A stretch of 64,000 bases of DNA from an uncultured Bacteroidales bacterium (GTDB taxonomy: Bacteria > Bacteroidota > Bacteroidia > Bacteroidales > JAGOPY01), in NCBI GenBank assembly GCA_964619555.1, contig CAZUDV010000002.1:141659-205658 (forward strand). Direction: 5' to 3'. The notes beneath the pieces were generated by a model. That model saw nothing but the letters and a program-made list of their open reading frames with translations, was not told the origin of the DNA and searched no databases. Of the stretch, positions 39,027 through 49,781 are shown piece by piece. Position numbers and translations under genes: made by a program. Each line of letters begins with the position of its first letter. The stretch's first letter is position 1.

Positions 39027-39743
39027 TTATTTGACCAGCACTTTCTTTTCCACCTCTTCTTTGCTGATTGGTTTGGTGCAGAAAAACCAATCGTAACATT
39101 TCATATTTTCACGGTTTTCCATTCTTTCCTTTGCTACCCCGCATGAACCGGCCGTCGGAACGATCACATCGTCTCCCGGTCTCCAGTCTGCCGGAGTGGC
39201 AATTGAGAAGGCATCGGCTGCCTGCATTGCGATCAGGGCACGATACAACTCATCGAAATTCCGGCCCAGGCTTAACGGGTAATAGATAATAGCCCTGATT
39301 ATTCCTTTGGGATCGATATAAAATACGGCCCGAACAGCCTTCGTAGAACTTTCTCCCGGTTGGATCATGCCGTATTTCTTCGCAACTTCCATCGTGATAT
39401 CCTCGATCAGCGGAAAGGTCACCTCTATGTTTTTCATTCCATTGTATTCGATTTTTTCCTTGATGGTGCGAAGCCACGCGATATGGCTGTATAGACCATC
39501 CACCGATAATCCCACCAGTTTGCAATTGGCCTCATTAAATTGCTTCTCCATGTTTGCAAATGTCATGAACTCGGATGTACAAACCGGCGTAAAATCGGCC
39601 GGATGACTGAAGAGGATTACCCAACTTCCTTTGTAATCCTCAGGAAAATTAATGATTCCCTGAGTCGTTACTGCCTGAAATGACGGAGCCATTTCACCAA
39701 TTCTCGGCATAGCGACGATGCCCTGTGCTTGTTGATTTTCCAT
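39027..39743 (-). CDS. Peroxiredoxin, Prx6-like/archaeal type
   Basis: Peroxidatic Cys in PADFTPVCTSEF. C-terminal extension with CYDWFFC (two Cys six residues apart, as in archaeal Prx). Confidence 0.9.
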   Translation of the reverse strand: MENQQAQGIVAMPRIGEMAPSFQAVTTQGIINFPEDYKGSWVILFSHPADFTPVCTSEFMTFANMEKQFNEANCKLVGLSVDGLYSHIAWLRTIKEKIEYNGMKNIEVTFPLIEDITMEVAKKYGMIQPGESSTKAVRAVFYIDPKGIIRAIIYYPLSLGRNFDELYRALIAMQAADAFSIATPADWRPGDDVIVPTAGSCGVAKERMENRENMKCYDWFFCTKPISKEEVEKKVLVK

Positions 39744-39761
39744 TGTAATTAATTTGTGTTT

Positions 39762-40178
39762 TTATTTTAAAGATTGATTTATATTAATTAGTTCATTTTC
39801 ACCAAATGAACTACAATTCTTACATCGGGTGTGATTTTCAAGGCCTTCAATCAGCTTGAAACATTTTTTACATTTGTACCATTGCTTTTCAAACTGGACA
39901 TTCCCCCCTTCGATCTCAATCGAAGCACATTCTGCAAATGCTCTTGCTATCTTTTTCAGCGCCCGGTTGTATATCCTGGTAAAGGTCGGCCTCGAAATAT
40001 TCATCCTCTCAGCTGCAATATCCTGGTGTAGATTCTGATAATTAACCAGGTTCAAGCTTTCATATTCATCATATTGCAGTTTTATAGCCGGAATATCGCA
40101 TAATGGCATTCCGAACGGTTTGAAACCGGCCATCCGGGGAGGATTTTTCAACTTTCGGCTCCTGACGGGTCTAGGCAT
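39762..40178 (-). CDS. DUF134 family putative DNA-binding protein with a C-terminal CxxC...CxxC module
   Basis: MPRPVRSRKLKNPPRMAGFKPFG (DUF134 N-terminus), HTH-like AAERMNISRPTFTRIYNRALKKIA and C-terminal CKKC...CKNC. Confidence 0.7.
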   Translation of the reverse strand: MPRPVRSRKLKNPPRMAGFKPFGMPLCDIPAIKLQYDEYESLNLVNYQNLHQDIAAERMNISRPTFTRIYNRALKKIARAFAECASIEIEGGNVQFEKQWYKCKKCFKLIEGLENHTRCKNCSSFGENELININQSLK

Positions 40179-40413
40179 GGCCGTTCTTTTTAAATATATT
40201 CCGGATATCCGGATAAACCAGAAAAAGGAAAAAAGCAGCTGAAATTACCAGGATAATCTTCCCTATTATACAGTATTTCCCGCAGTAATAATCATCCCCG
40301 AATCCCAGAAGGCAGGTAGAACATCCTAAAAGGACCATGACCAGATAATCGAAAAGAAATATCAATGGCAGGTAAATACAAAACTTAATCCAGAGTGCAG
40401 CTTTCATGTGCAA
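40171..40413 (-). CDS. Small Cys-rich membrane protein (hypothetical), first gene of the operon
   Basis: 80 aa with two or three hydrophobic helices and LLGCSTCLLGFGDDYYCGKYC. Overlaps the DUF134 start by 8 nt. Confidence 0.4.
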   Translation of the reverse strand: MHMKAALWIKFCIYLPLIFLFDYLVMVLLGCSTCLLGFGDDYYCGKYCIIGKIILVISAAFFLFLVYPDIRNIFKKNGHA

Positions 40414-40424
40414 CTATTTTTTTA

Positions 40425-40432
40425 CAAATATA
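40425..40432 (-). promoter_or_regulatory. -7 promoter box for the five-gene DUF134/peroxiredoxin operon
   Basis: The minus strand reads TATATTTG (exact TAnnTTTG). The first ATG is at 40413. Confidence 0.5.
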
Positions 40433-40448
40433 ATGAACGTAGGTTCAT
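40433..40448. promoter_or_regulatory. Perfect 6-4-6 palindrome abutting the -7 box (operator candidate)
   Basis: ATGAAC GTAG GTTCAT lies directly upstream of the -7 box, in the spacer where a -33 element would be expected. Confidence 0.4.
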
Positions 40449-40472
40449 AATACAAAGAAAATTTTTATTTTT

Positions 40473-41804
40473 TTACCGGATAACGACCTTCCTTTTCCAC
40501 CTGCCATTTAAATAATAACCATAAGATAATCCAAGGCCTATGATCCAGGCAATGGGTATCGCCCACCAGATGCCTGCCGGACCGAAATGTTCCGACATGT
40601 AATAACCGAGAGGTATCCGTACCACCCATAAAGCGAAGAATGTGATCAACATGGGAATGAAAGTATCGCCCGCTCCCCTCATTACTCCCCCGACTACGAA
40701 CATGGTCGAAAAGAAAATATAAAAGCCGGTTACAATTCTCAAATACTGATCCCCGATCCTCACCACTGACTCATCATCGGTAAACAGTCTCATGATCGAA
40801 TCCCCGAAAAATATACAAAGCAATGACATGAAGATGGAAATGGCAGCGGTCATATAAAAGGTGGAAATCAAACCGTTCCTGACCCTTTCAGGTTTTCTTG
40901 CACCCAGGTTCTGGCCGACAAAAGTAGACAGGGCCATGGCGAAATTCATGGCCGGCATTCCAGCAAAGGAATCAATCCGGAAAACCACGCTGAAAGCAGC
41001 CGTCGTGTTGGTGCCGAACCGGTTCACCAGCCAGTACATGGCCATCATGCTCAGTGCCACAAATGCCTGTTGAAATCCAACCGGGAACCCTATCCTCACA
41101 CTTTTTTTGAGGATGGCCCGGTCGAATTCCATTTTCAGCCAATGGAATCTTACGATCTCATGCTTCCGGTTCAAATAAATCACAGCCCAGATGAACGCGA
41201 CCGCCTGGGAAATGACAGTCGCAAAAGCAGCCCCTTTGACCCCCCACTGGAAGGTTATCACAAACAGCAATGCCAGAATAATATTCAAAACGGTGGATAT
41301 GATCAGGAAGTAAAGCGGAGTCTTCGAATCTCCCAGTCCTCTCAGTATAGCGCTGATACTGTTAAAGCCAAAGAAAAAGATCGTGCCGGTCATGTAGGCA
41401 TCAAAATAATCTTCGGCATAAGGCAGTATATCATCCGGTAATTTTATCAGCTTAAAAATTGGCTCACTTATCAGGATCCCGATAAAGGTCACGACAATAG
41501 CAGTAAAAAACATGAAAATGTGCAGCGTGTCGATGGTTCGCTTGACATTTCGCAAATCTTTTGCGCCAAAATACTGGGCGATGATAATGGTTGCCCCGAT
41601 GGATATCCCTATCACAAGTGAAATCAGTGTGAAAATGAATGGGAAGGAGGCACCCACTGCTGCCAGGGCCTGTTTGCCGATATACTGGCCCACTACTACA
41701 CTATCGATGATATTGTATAGCTGCTGGAAAACATTACCAACCAACATCGGGATGGCAAACTGAAAGATCAGTTTGCTCTCTTTTCCAACACTTAAATCCT
41801 TCAT
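40473..41804 (-). CDS. MATE family efflux transporter
   Basis: 443 aa with about 12 TM helices. The N-terminus LIFQFAIPMLVGNVFQQLYNIIDSVVVGQYIGKQALAAVG is typical of MATE/NorM. Confidence 0.85.
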   Translation of the reverse strand: MKDLSVGKESKLIFQFAIPMLVGNVFQQLYNIIDSVVVGQYIGKQALAAVGASFPFIFTLISLVIGISIGATIIIAQYFGAKDLRNVKRTIDTLHIFMFFTAIVVTFIGILISEPIFKLIKLPDDILPYAEDYFDAYMTGTIFFFGFNSISAILRGLGDSKTPLYFLIISTVLNIILALLFVITFQWGVKGAAFATVISQAVAFIWAVIYLNRKHEIVRFHWLKMEFDRAILKKSVRIGFPVGFQQAFVALSMMAMYWLVNRFGTNTTAAFSVVFRIDSFAGMPAMNFAMALSTFVGQNLGARKPERVRNGLISTFYMTAAISIFMSLLCIFFGDSIMRLFTDDESVVRIGDQYLRIVTGFYIFFSTMFVVGGVMRGAGDTFIPMLITFFALWVVRIPLGYYMSEHFGPAGIWWAIPIAWIIGLGLSYGYYLNGRWKRKVVIR

Positions 41805-41850
41805 TTGAAACCGAATATGTATCTCATAGTGAGGAATGCCGAACGGTGAT

Positions 41851-41858
41851 CAAAAATA
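41851..41858 (-). promoter_or_regulatory. -7 promoter box for the MATE gene
   Basis: The minus strand reads TATTTTTG. The gene starts at 41804. Confidence 0.4.
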
Positions 41859-41919
41859 GCATTTCTTTCCTTTACTGATGAACCGCTCCTCTTTAAAGGC
41901 ATATCTGGCAATAATGTCG

Positions 41920-41927
41920 TATCTTTG
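41920..41927 (+). promoter_or_regulatory. -7 promoter box for rnpB
   Basis: TATCTTTG lies a few nt before the 5' strand of RNase P helix P1. Confidence 0.55.
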
Positions 41928-41930
41928 CAG

Positions 41931-42391
41931 CCTGCCGTCAGCCTGGTTTGTCGCTGCCGCCGCAAGGCGGGAGAGGAAAGTCGGGACAACGCAGGGCGCC
42001 ATACTTCCTAACGGGAAGGGGATCCCGGGTAAACCGGGGTTCACAGAAAGTGCCACAGAAAATAACCGTCCCGACCTGGTCGGGATAAGGGTGAAAACGC
42101 GGGGTAAGAGCCCACGCCTCAGGATGGTGACATTCTGAGGGGGTAAACCTTATGGGTTGCAAGGCTAAATATGTTCCGATCAGGGTAAACGGTTTCCCGA
42201 AAATCATTTACCCTCATCATGCGGCCCGCGTGAATCCGTTGAAAAGCGGAATCGGAACGGGTAGGCTGCTTAAGCCTGGCGGTGACGTCAGGCGTAGATA
42301 AATGACAGACGAACCCGGTTGCAGGGACGCAAAATATTGCGTTCCTGCCACCGGGTGGACAGAATCCTGCTTACAGGGCTGACAGCACCTT
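41931..42391 (+). ncRNA. rnpB: RNase P RNA, bacterial type A
   Basis: Universally conserved blocks are present: GAGAGGAAAGTCGGGAC (P4 5' strand), ACAGAAA, GGGTGAAAACGCGGGGTAAGAGCCCAC, GGTAAACC, GGGTAGGCTGCTTAAGCC, GTAGATAAATGACAG and ACAGAATCCTGCTTACAG. The P1 strands CTGCCGTCAGCC / GGCTGACAGCA pair. The ends are approximate. Confidence 0.9.
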
Positions 42392-42399
42392 ATTACGGA

Positions 42400-42436
42400 G
42401 GCTGGTCCGGGATCCCGGGCCAGCCTTTGCCTTTTT
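42400..42436 (+). terminator. Intrinsic terminator of rnpB
   Basis: GGCTGGTCCGGG / CCCGGGCCAGCC stem, followed by TTTGCCTTTTT. Confidence 0.7.
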
Positions 42437-42547
42437 ATAGCATTCCGGATCCAATCCCGGCAATAATTAATCAGATTGACCGTTGGTATTAAACATAATT
42501 TGTTGATAAGTTCAAATGACCTAATATTCGCTTATCGCCTGTTTACC

Positions 42548-42555
42548 TACATTTG
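42548..42555 (+). promoter_or_regulatory. -7 promoter box for the TPR gene
   Basis: TACATTTG. The ATG is at 42573. Confidence 0.45.
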
Positions 42556-42572
42556 ACACTCCTGAAGAATTA

Positions 42573-45500
42573 ATGAAGATGAGAATTTACCTCAATTGGA
42601 CACTATTGTCCTTAACGGCTGCATTGTTCCTCTCAAATGCGGCCAAAGGACAGGAATCAGCGATCTACAACCAGCCGGGCAGGGACTATCTCCTCGCCTC
42701 TGAACTCTTCCAGAAAAAACACTACGGCGCTGCCCGATTCATGTTCGATGACCTGACGGATCAGCAAAGCAATTCGGATTTCCCCCCACAGCCTGACATG
42801 GAATTCATGGACGCCATCAGCGCTACCGAAATGACCAATGCAGATGGACCGGCCAGGGTCAGCAACTTTGTGAACGACTATCCAGAAAATGCGCTAAAAG
42901 GAGAAGCCAGCTTTTACCTGGGGAAAAACCTTTTCCGCGAAAACAAATACAAGGAGGCGATACGGGCCCTCCAGGAAGTCGATGCAGCGAAACTTAGCCG
43001 GGAAAGCCGGGAGGAACTGAATTTCATGCTCGGTTATGCCCAGCTTAAGTCCGGAAATATCACCGCTGCCAAAGGAAATTTCCAGAGGATAACCAATCAG
43101 AAATCACCCTATTACGGGCAGGCTAAATATTTTCTGGCCCATATCGACTATCTCTCAGGAAATTATCAGCAGGCTTTAAAGTCTTTTGAACAAATTGAGA
43201 AAGACAGGAGATACTATAAAATTGTACCCATGTACAAAATCCAGATCTATCATTACCTGGGGGAGAATGAGAAGATCCTGGAATTGGGTCCGGCGATGGT
43301 GGAGTCATCCGCTACCACTAACAAGGCGGAAGTTGCCAGGATCACCGCCAATGCCTGCTTCAATACAGGGGATTTTGAAAAAGCCGCCTACTATATGGAT
43401 ATCTTTGAAAGGACATCCAGAAGGACCATGACCCGGGAAGATCAATACCTTCTTGGGTTCGTTTCTTATCTTGGCAAAGATTACAAAGGCGCCATCGGCA
43501 ATTTCCAGGCGGCTATCAAACAAAATGATGCCCTTTCCCAAAATGCCTGTTATTACCTGGGGATATGCTACAATGAAACCGGCCAGAAAAAATATGCCGC
43601 AAATGCATTTCTGTCAGCATACAAGGCTGGTTTTGACCCGGAAATAAATGAAGAATCGTTGTTCAACTATATCAAAATAGGTCTTGAATATCCTTCGAAT
43701 CCATACAATGAAGCCATTTCCCTGCTGGAATCCTACCTGAAGGAAAATCCGGGTTCGCCCAGATCAAATGAAGGATATGGTTACCTGTCCCAATTATATC
43801 TTTCCTCCCGGAATTACAAACAAGCGCTGGTTTCCATCGAAACCATGAACGACAGGACTCCCGTGCTGGATAAAGTTTACCAGCAGATCCTGCTTTACCG
43901 TGCCGGCGAGCTGTTCAACACCAATGATATGGACGCTGCCCTGGAATTGTACCAGCAAGCTTCCCGGTTATCTTACGATGAACCAGTTAAGGCAGAAGCC
44001 CTGTACTGGTCCGGTGAAATAGCCTATCGTCAGGGAAATTATCCTTCGGCAATTAAATATTTCAGGGATTTTCTTGCCTCCAGGCAATCCAAATCCCTCC
44101 CGATATATCCGTTAGCTTATTACAACCTTGGTTACGCTTATTTCAACAGCGAGGAATATTCCAATGCCATTGCACAATTCAACAGGTTCCTGGAAACCGG
44201 CTATAGCAAGGACAGATCCCTCATTTCTGATGCGAATCTCAGGCTGGGAGATGCTTCTTTTATCTCCAACCATTATGATAAAGCCATATCGCATTATGAC
44301 AAGGTCATCACGGCTAAAGAGAATTCAATGGATTACGCCCTTTATTACAAAGCCCTCAGTGAAGGGGCCAGGGGTGATTTTGCCAGAAAGATAGATGTAT
44401 TGAAGGTCCTGGTGAACAATTATCCCAAATCGGGTTATGTGGATGATGCTCTATATGAAATAGCCCTGTCTTATATTCTGCTGAACCAGGAAAGTCAGGC
44501 ACTCACATGGTTTGACAGGCTTATCCGGGATTTCCCGACCACCACCAAAGCTACACAGGCCTGGTTAAGAAAGGGATTCATTTATTATAACCGGGATGAT
44601 AACAACCAGGCAATCAGCTCCTTTAAACATGTCATTGAGAAATTTTCCACCTCCCAGGAAGCCCAGGAGGCCCTGGCAGCCCTCAAAAATATTTATGTGG
44701 AATCCGGGCAGGTTGAGCAATATTATACCTATGCGAGGAACCTTTCATTCGCCGAAATCGATGCTTCCGAGGAAGATTCGCTCAGTTACGAAGCTGCCGG
44801 AAATTTATACATGAAAGGACAATACGAACAGTCCATCCAGGCCTTCCGGAATTATATCGACCGGTTCCCGAACGGAGCATATGTCACCAATGCTCTTTTC
44901 AACATGGGGGAATGCAACCTGAAGGCAAACCGGAAGAACGAAGCTGTCGAATATTTTATGCAAGCCGCTTCAAGGCCAAAGTCCGGTTTCACGGAAATAG
45001 CCCTGGTCAAAGCCTCAAATATTGAATATTCGTCAGGAAACTATGATGAAGCGCTGATTATCTTTGAGCAACTGGAAGTAAATGCTGAAAACCCGGATAA
45101 CCTGGCGCAGGCACTTGCCGGTCAGATGAAGTGTCACCTGAAAGCTAAGAACTATTCGTCTGCGGCCGGTGCTGCTAGAAAATTACTGGACACCGGCCAG
45201 GCAGCGCAAGATGCCATCCAGGAGGCACATTTCGCCCTGGGGCACGGTTACCTGGCAGAAGATAATATAACGGAGGCTGCCACGGAATTCCGGATGATAG
45301 GCAGACTCAAAGGCTCTGAGATGGGTGCTGACGCCACTTATCAACTGGCATGGATCGCTTTCCAGACGGATAAGCTCAATGAAGCAGAAGACTACATTTA
45401 CATTCTTTCTGAGGAATTCGCGGCATTTGACTATTGGGTAGCCAAAGGTTTCATCCTGCTGTCAGACGTATTTGTGAAAAACGGAAATACTTTTCAGGCC

Positions 45501-45593
45501 AGGCAAACTCTGCAAAGTGTCATCGATAATTATTCGGGACCAGAACTTGGTGAAATTGCCAGGTCAAAACTTGATTTACTTGAATCCGACTAA
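42573..45593 (+). CDS. Large tetratricopeptide-repeat protein, secreted
   Basis: 1006 aa with a signal peptide. Many 34-aa TPR-like units (e.g. YYLGICYNETGQKKYAANAF, YYNLGYAYFNSEEYSNAIAQF). Confidence 0.8.
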   Translation: MKMRIYLNWTLLSLTAALFLSNAAKGQESAIYNQPGRDYLLASELFQKKHYGAARFMFDDLTDQQSNSDFPPQPDMEFMDAISATEMTNADGPARVSNFVNDYPENALKGEASFYLGKNLFRENKYKEAIRALQEVDAAKLSRESREELNFMLGYAQLKSGNITAAKGNFQRITNQKSPYYGQAKYFLAHIDYLSGNYQQALKSFEQIEKDRRYYKIVPMYKIQIYHYLGENEKILELGPAMVESSATTNKAEVARITANACFNTGDFEKAAYYMDIFERTSRRTMTREDQYLLGFVSYLGKDYKGAIGNFQAAIKQNDALSQNACYYLGICYNETGQKKYAANAFLSAYKAGFDPEINEESLFNYIKIGLEYPSNPYNEAISLLESYLKENPGSPRSNEGYGYLSQLYLSSRNYKQALVSIETMNDRTPVLDKVYQQILLYRAGELFNTNDMDAALELYQQASRLSYDEPVKAEALYWSGEIAYRQGNYPSAIKYFRDFLASRQSKSLPIYPLAYYNLGYAYFNSEEYSNAIAQFNRFLETGYSKDRSLISDANLRLGDASFISNHYDKAISHYDKVITAKENSMDYALYYKALSEGARGDFARKIDVLKVLVNNYPKSGYVDDALYEIALSYILLNQESQALTWFDRLIRDFPTTTKATQAWLRKGFIYYNRDDNNQAISSFKHVIEKFSTSQEAQEALAALKNIYVESGQVEQYYTYARNLSFAEIDASEEDSLSYEAAGNLYMKGQYEQSIQAFRNYIDRFPNGAYVTNALFNMGECNLKANRKNEAVEYFMQAASRPKSGFTEIALVKASNIEYSSGNYDEALIIFEQLEVNAENPDNLAQALAGQMKCHLKAKNYSSAAGAARKLLDTGQAAQDAIQEAHFALGHGYLAEDNITEAATEFRMIGRLKGSEMGADATYQLAWIAFQTDKLNEAEDYIYILSEEFAAFDYWVAKGFILLSDVFVKNGNTFQARQTLQSVIDNYSGPELGEIARSKLDLLESD

Positions 45594-47321
45594 ATGAGGA
45601 ATGATCTTACATTGCTAAAAAGAAACAAGATGTTTGTAAATCTTCTAAAGTTAAAAAAGAACCGGATGGCATTGCCCCTGGTAATGCTCTTAGCCATTAA
45701 CATCACTTACGGTCAGGGGAAAAATGAGGAAGTTACCATCATTGCCCCTTATATTCCAAGTATACAGAACGCCTCAAAGGTCCCTTTCAGGCCTGAGGTC
45801 CAACCGTCGGTAAAAGCCCATGAACCTTTCGAATACCAATATTTGACCAGGCAGATGGAGGTAACGACGGAACTGGACCCGCTGGAACCGATGAAATTCT
45901 CGGAAGAGCGGAAAGAAGACATCTACCGTAATTTCATTAAAGCCGGATTTGGAAATTACCTTACACCCTACCTGGAATTCATAGCCACTTCCGGCGAATC
46001 GGAAAAGTATCTCGCCGGAGCCCGGCTCAGGCATCATTCCTCCCAGGGCAAAATCAGGGATTATGCTGATAATTCCTACAGCCATAACCTGTTTGCTGCC
46101 AATGCATCAGCCTTTCTGAAACCCGGAACAATAAGCGGGGAGATCGGTTATAACAGGGATATGGTGCATTATTACGGATTCCCGATCGACAGTTTCCCTG
46201 ACCTCAACCTGTCTGGTGAGGACCTGAGACAAAGGTACCAGCACTTCTGGTTATCGGTTGATTTTCAGGGACAAAACAAATCAAGGGAAAAACTGAAGTA
46301 TAATATCGGAAGTGATTTTCATTTTTATAATGACCGTTTTGAGACCCGGGAAGTTCAGTTCGACCTGAATGGAGGCATCGACAAGGTTTTTTCGACGGAC
46401 GAGGATTTCCGGCATGCCCTGGGTGTGGATCTCGGGCTCAAGTACCTGGGCTACAAGGATACGCTGGTCTCAAACTCGCCGCTGATCTTCGACCTATCGC
46501 CCATCTACCGGTTCGGACTTGACATCTACAGCTTTGAAGTTGGATTGAATGTTTTCTTTATTACCGAGAATTCAGAACTGCAATCGGATTCCCGGCTGGA
46601 TGTTTTCCCTCATCTGAAGGCTGAAGTCATCCTTATTGAGGATCAGCTGAAGGCCTTTGCCCAGGTGAGCGGGAAGAAGGAAATCAACACTTACCGGGGG
46701 CTAACAGGGATTAATCCTTACCTGGGATCAACACCGCTGATTCTGAACACCGACCAGCCGATCAATATTACCGGCGGAATAACCGGCAGTGCAGGCGGGT
46801 TTAATTTCAATGCCGATGCTTCCTATTCCTACAATAAGGATGTCCCTTTGTTTGTCAACGATACTTCCTTGGAACTGCAGAATAAATTTCAACTTATATA
46901 TGATGATGTAAACCTTCTGAACATCAAGGCAAGCGTCAGTTACCTGAAGATACGCCATCTTGATGCAAGACTTTTCGCCTCATTCAATAAGTATATCCCG
47001 GAAGATGAGAAAAAAGCCTGGCATTTACCTTCCTATGAAGCAGGATTGAATGTCCGGTATTTAATAAAAGAAAGATACACGGTTACAGGTGACTTTCTGA
47101 TACTAGGCCACCGGTATGCCAGGACTTTTGATAAGAACGAAGTCGTTGCAACTAAACTGGGTACGGCTTTTGATCTTAATCTGGGATTTGATTACAGGAT
47201 CACGGAACAACTCTCGGCTTTCGTCACGGTTAATAACATCCTGAACCAAAATTATCAAAGATGGCATCAATATCCTGTGCAGGGTATCCAGGCTATGCTG
47301 GGGGTACAATTTTCCTTCTGA
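45594..47321 (+). CDS. Putative outer-membrane beta-barrel protein
   Basis: ATG immediately follows the TPR gene TAA. An internal signal-like segment MALPLVMLLAINITYGQ suggests a possible later start. Beta-rich, ending in the OMP-type signal MLGVQFSF. Confidence 0.5.
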   Translation: MRNDLTLLKRNKMFVNLLKLKKNRMALPLVMLLAINITYGQGKNEEVTIIAPYIPSIQNASKVPFRPEVQPSVKAHEPFEYQYLTRQMEVTTELDPLEPMKFSEERKEDIYRNFIKAGFGNYLTPYLEFIATSGESEKYLAGARLRHHSSQGKIRDYADNSYSHNLFAANASAFLKPGTISGEIGYNRDMVHYYGFPIDSFPDLNLSGEDLRQRYQHFWLSVDFQGQNKSREKLKYNIGSDFHFYNDRFETREVQFDLNGGIDKVFSTDEDFRHALGVDLGLKYLGYKDTLVSNSPLIFDLSPIYRFGLDIYSFEVGLNVFFITENSELQSDSRLDVFPHLKAEVILIEDQLKAFAQVSGKKEINTYRGLTGINPYLGSTPLILNTDQPINITGGITGSAGGFNFNADASYSYNKDVPLFVNDTSLELQNKFQLIYDDVNLLNIKASVSYLKIRHLDARLFASFNKYIPEDEKKAWHLPSYEAGLNVRYLIKERYTVTGDFLILGHRYARTFDKNEVVATKLGTAFDLNLGFDYRITEQLSAFVTVNNILNQNYQRWHQYPVQGIQAMLGVQFSF

Positions 47322-47330
47322 GATGCCTCT

Positions 47331-47370
47331 AAATCAGGCCATGTGATTTTGTTAATAAAATGCCTGATTT
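47331..47370 (+). terminator. Hairpin after the OMP gene (weak terminator candidate)
   Basis: AAATCAGGC (47331-47339) pairs with GCCTGATTT (47362-47370). The loop is large and the T-tract is poor. Confidence 0.25.
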
Positions 47371-47407
47371 TACTGATGTTTTATTCAATCCGCCAAGGAA
47401 AAAATTG

Positions 47408-47415
47408 TATCTTTG
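47408..47415 (+). promoter_or_regulatory. -7 promoter box for gyrB
   Basis: TATCTTTG. The gyrB ATG is at 47449. Confidence 0.5.
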
Positions 47416-47442
47416 AAGACTTATTCAAATTTATGTAACTAA

Positions 47443-49410
<1,968 letters not shown>

Positions 49411-49490
49411 GCCTGGCTGGTTTTTTACCGTTTCTTACCGCCATCCACCGATCTGTCTTTTTCGGCAGATCCATTACTTCTAACGGGTTA

Positions 49491-49527
49491 TAAAAAACAA
49501 TCCCGACCGGTGGTCGGGACTGCTTTT
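49491..49527. terminator. Bidirectional intrinsic terminator between gyrB and the DUF2461 gene
   Basis: TCCCGACC (49501-08) pairs with GGTCGGGA (49512-19). It is flanked by AAAAAACAA upstream (a T-run on the minus strand) and CTGCTTTTG downstream. Confidence 0.5.
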
Positions 49528-49781
49528 GCCAAGTCTTACTAGTTTGAGGTGAGATTCAGACTTTTGAAGTAAAGTAAACCAATTTAACCAAACCCTCAAA
49601 AGTCTCAGAAGTAGGAAATAATTAACCAATTAATCCGAGATAAAAGTAAGCCTGATTCGGATATCTGTAAAGAAGAAATCAGTTAACGGTCATTTTGAGT
49701 CAGTTTTCGGCAAACCTATTCCTTTCATCATCAAATAACCTCCGAAAAAAACGCATTTACCTAATTTTCAATCTCTTCCGA

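Noticed and set aside
40431-40450. Whether the operon palindrome is a Rex box (TTGTGAAnnnnTTCACAA).
   Set aside because: Aligning the TGAA/TTCA cores gives a 6-nt rather than a 4-nt spacer, and the flanking bases differ. It is not a convincing Rex site, so it is left as an unassigned operator.
41850-42207. Several 60-90-aa ORFs on both strands (41850-42056, 41878-42138, 41938-42207).
   Set aside because: The region is RNase P RNA with all conserved type-A blocks. The ORFs are incidental.
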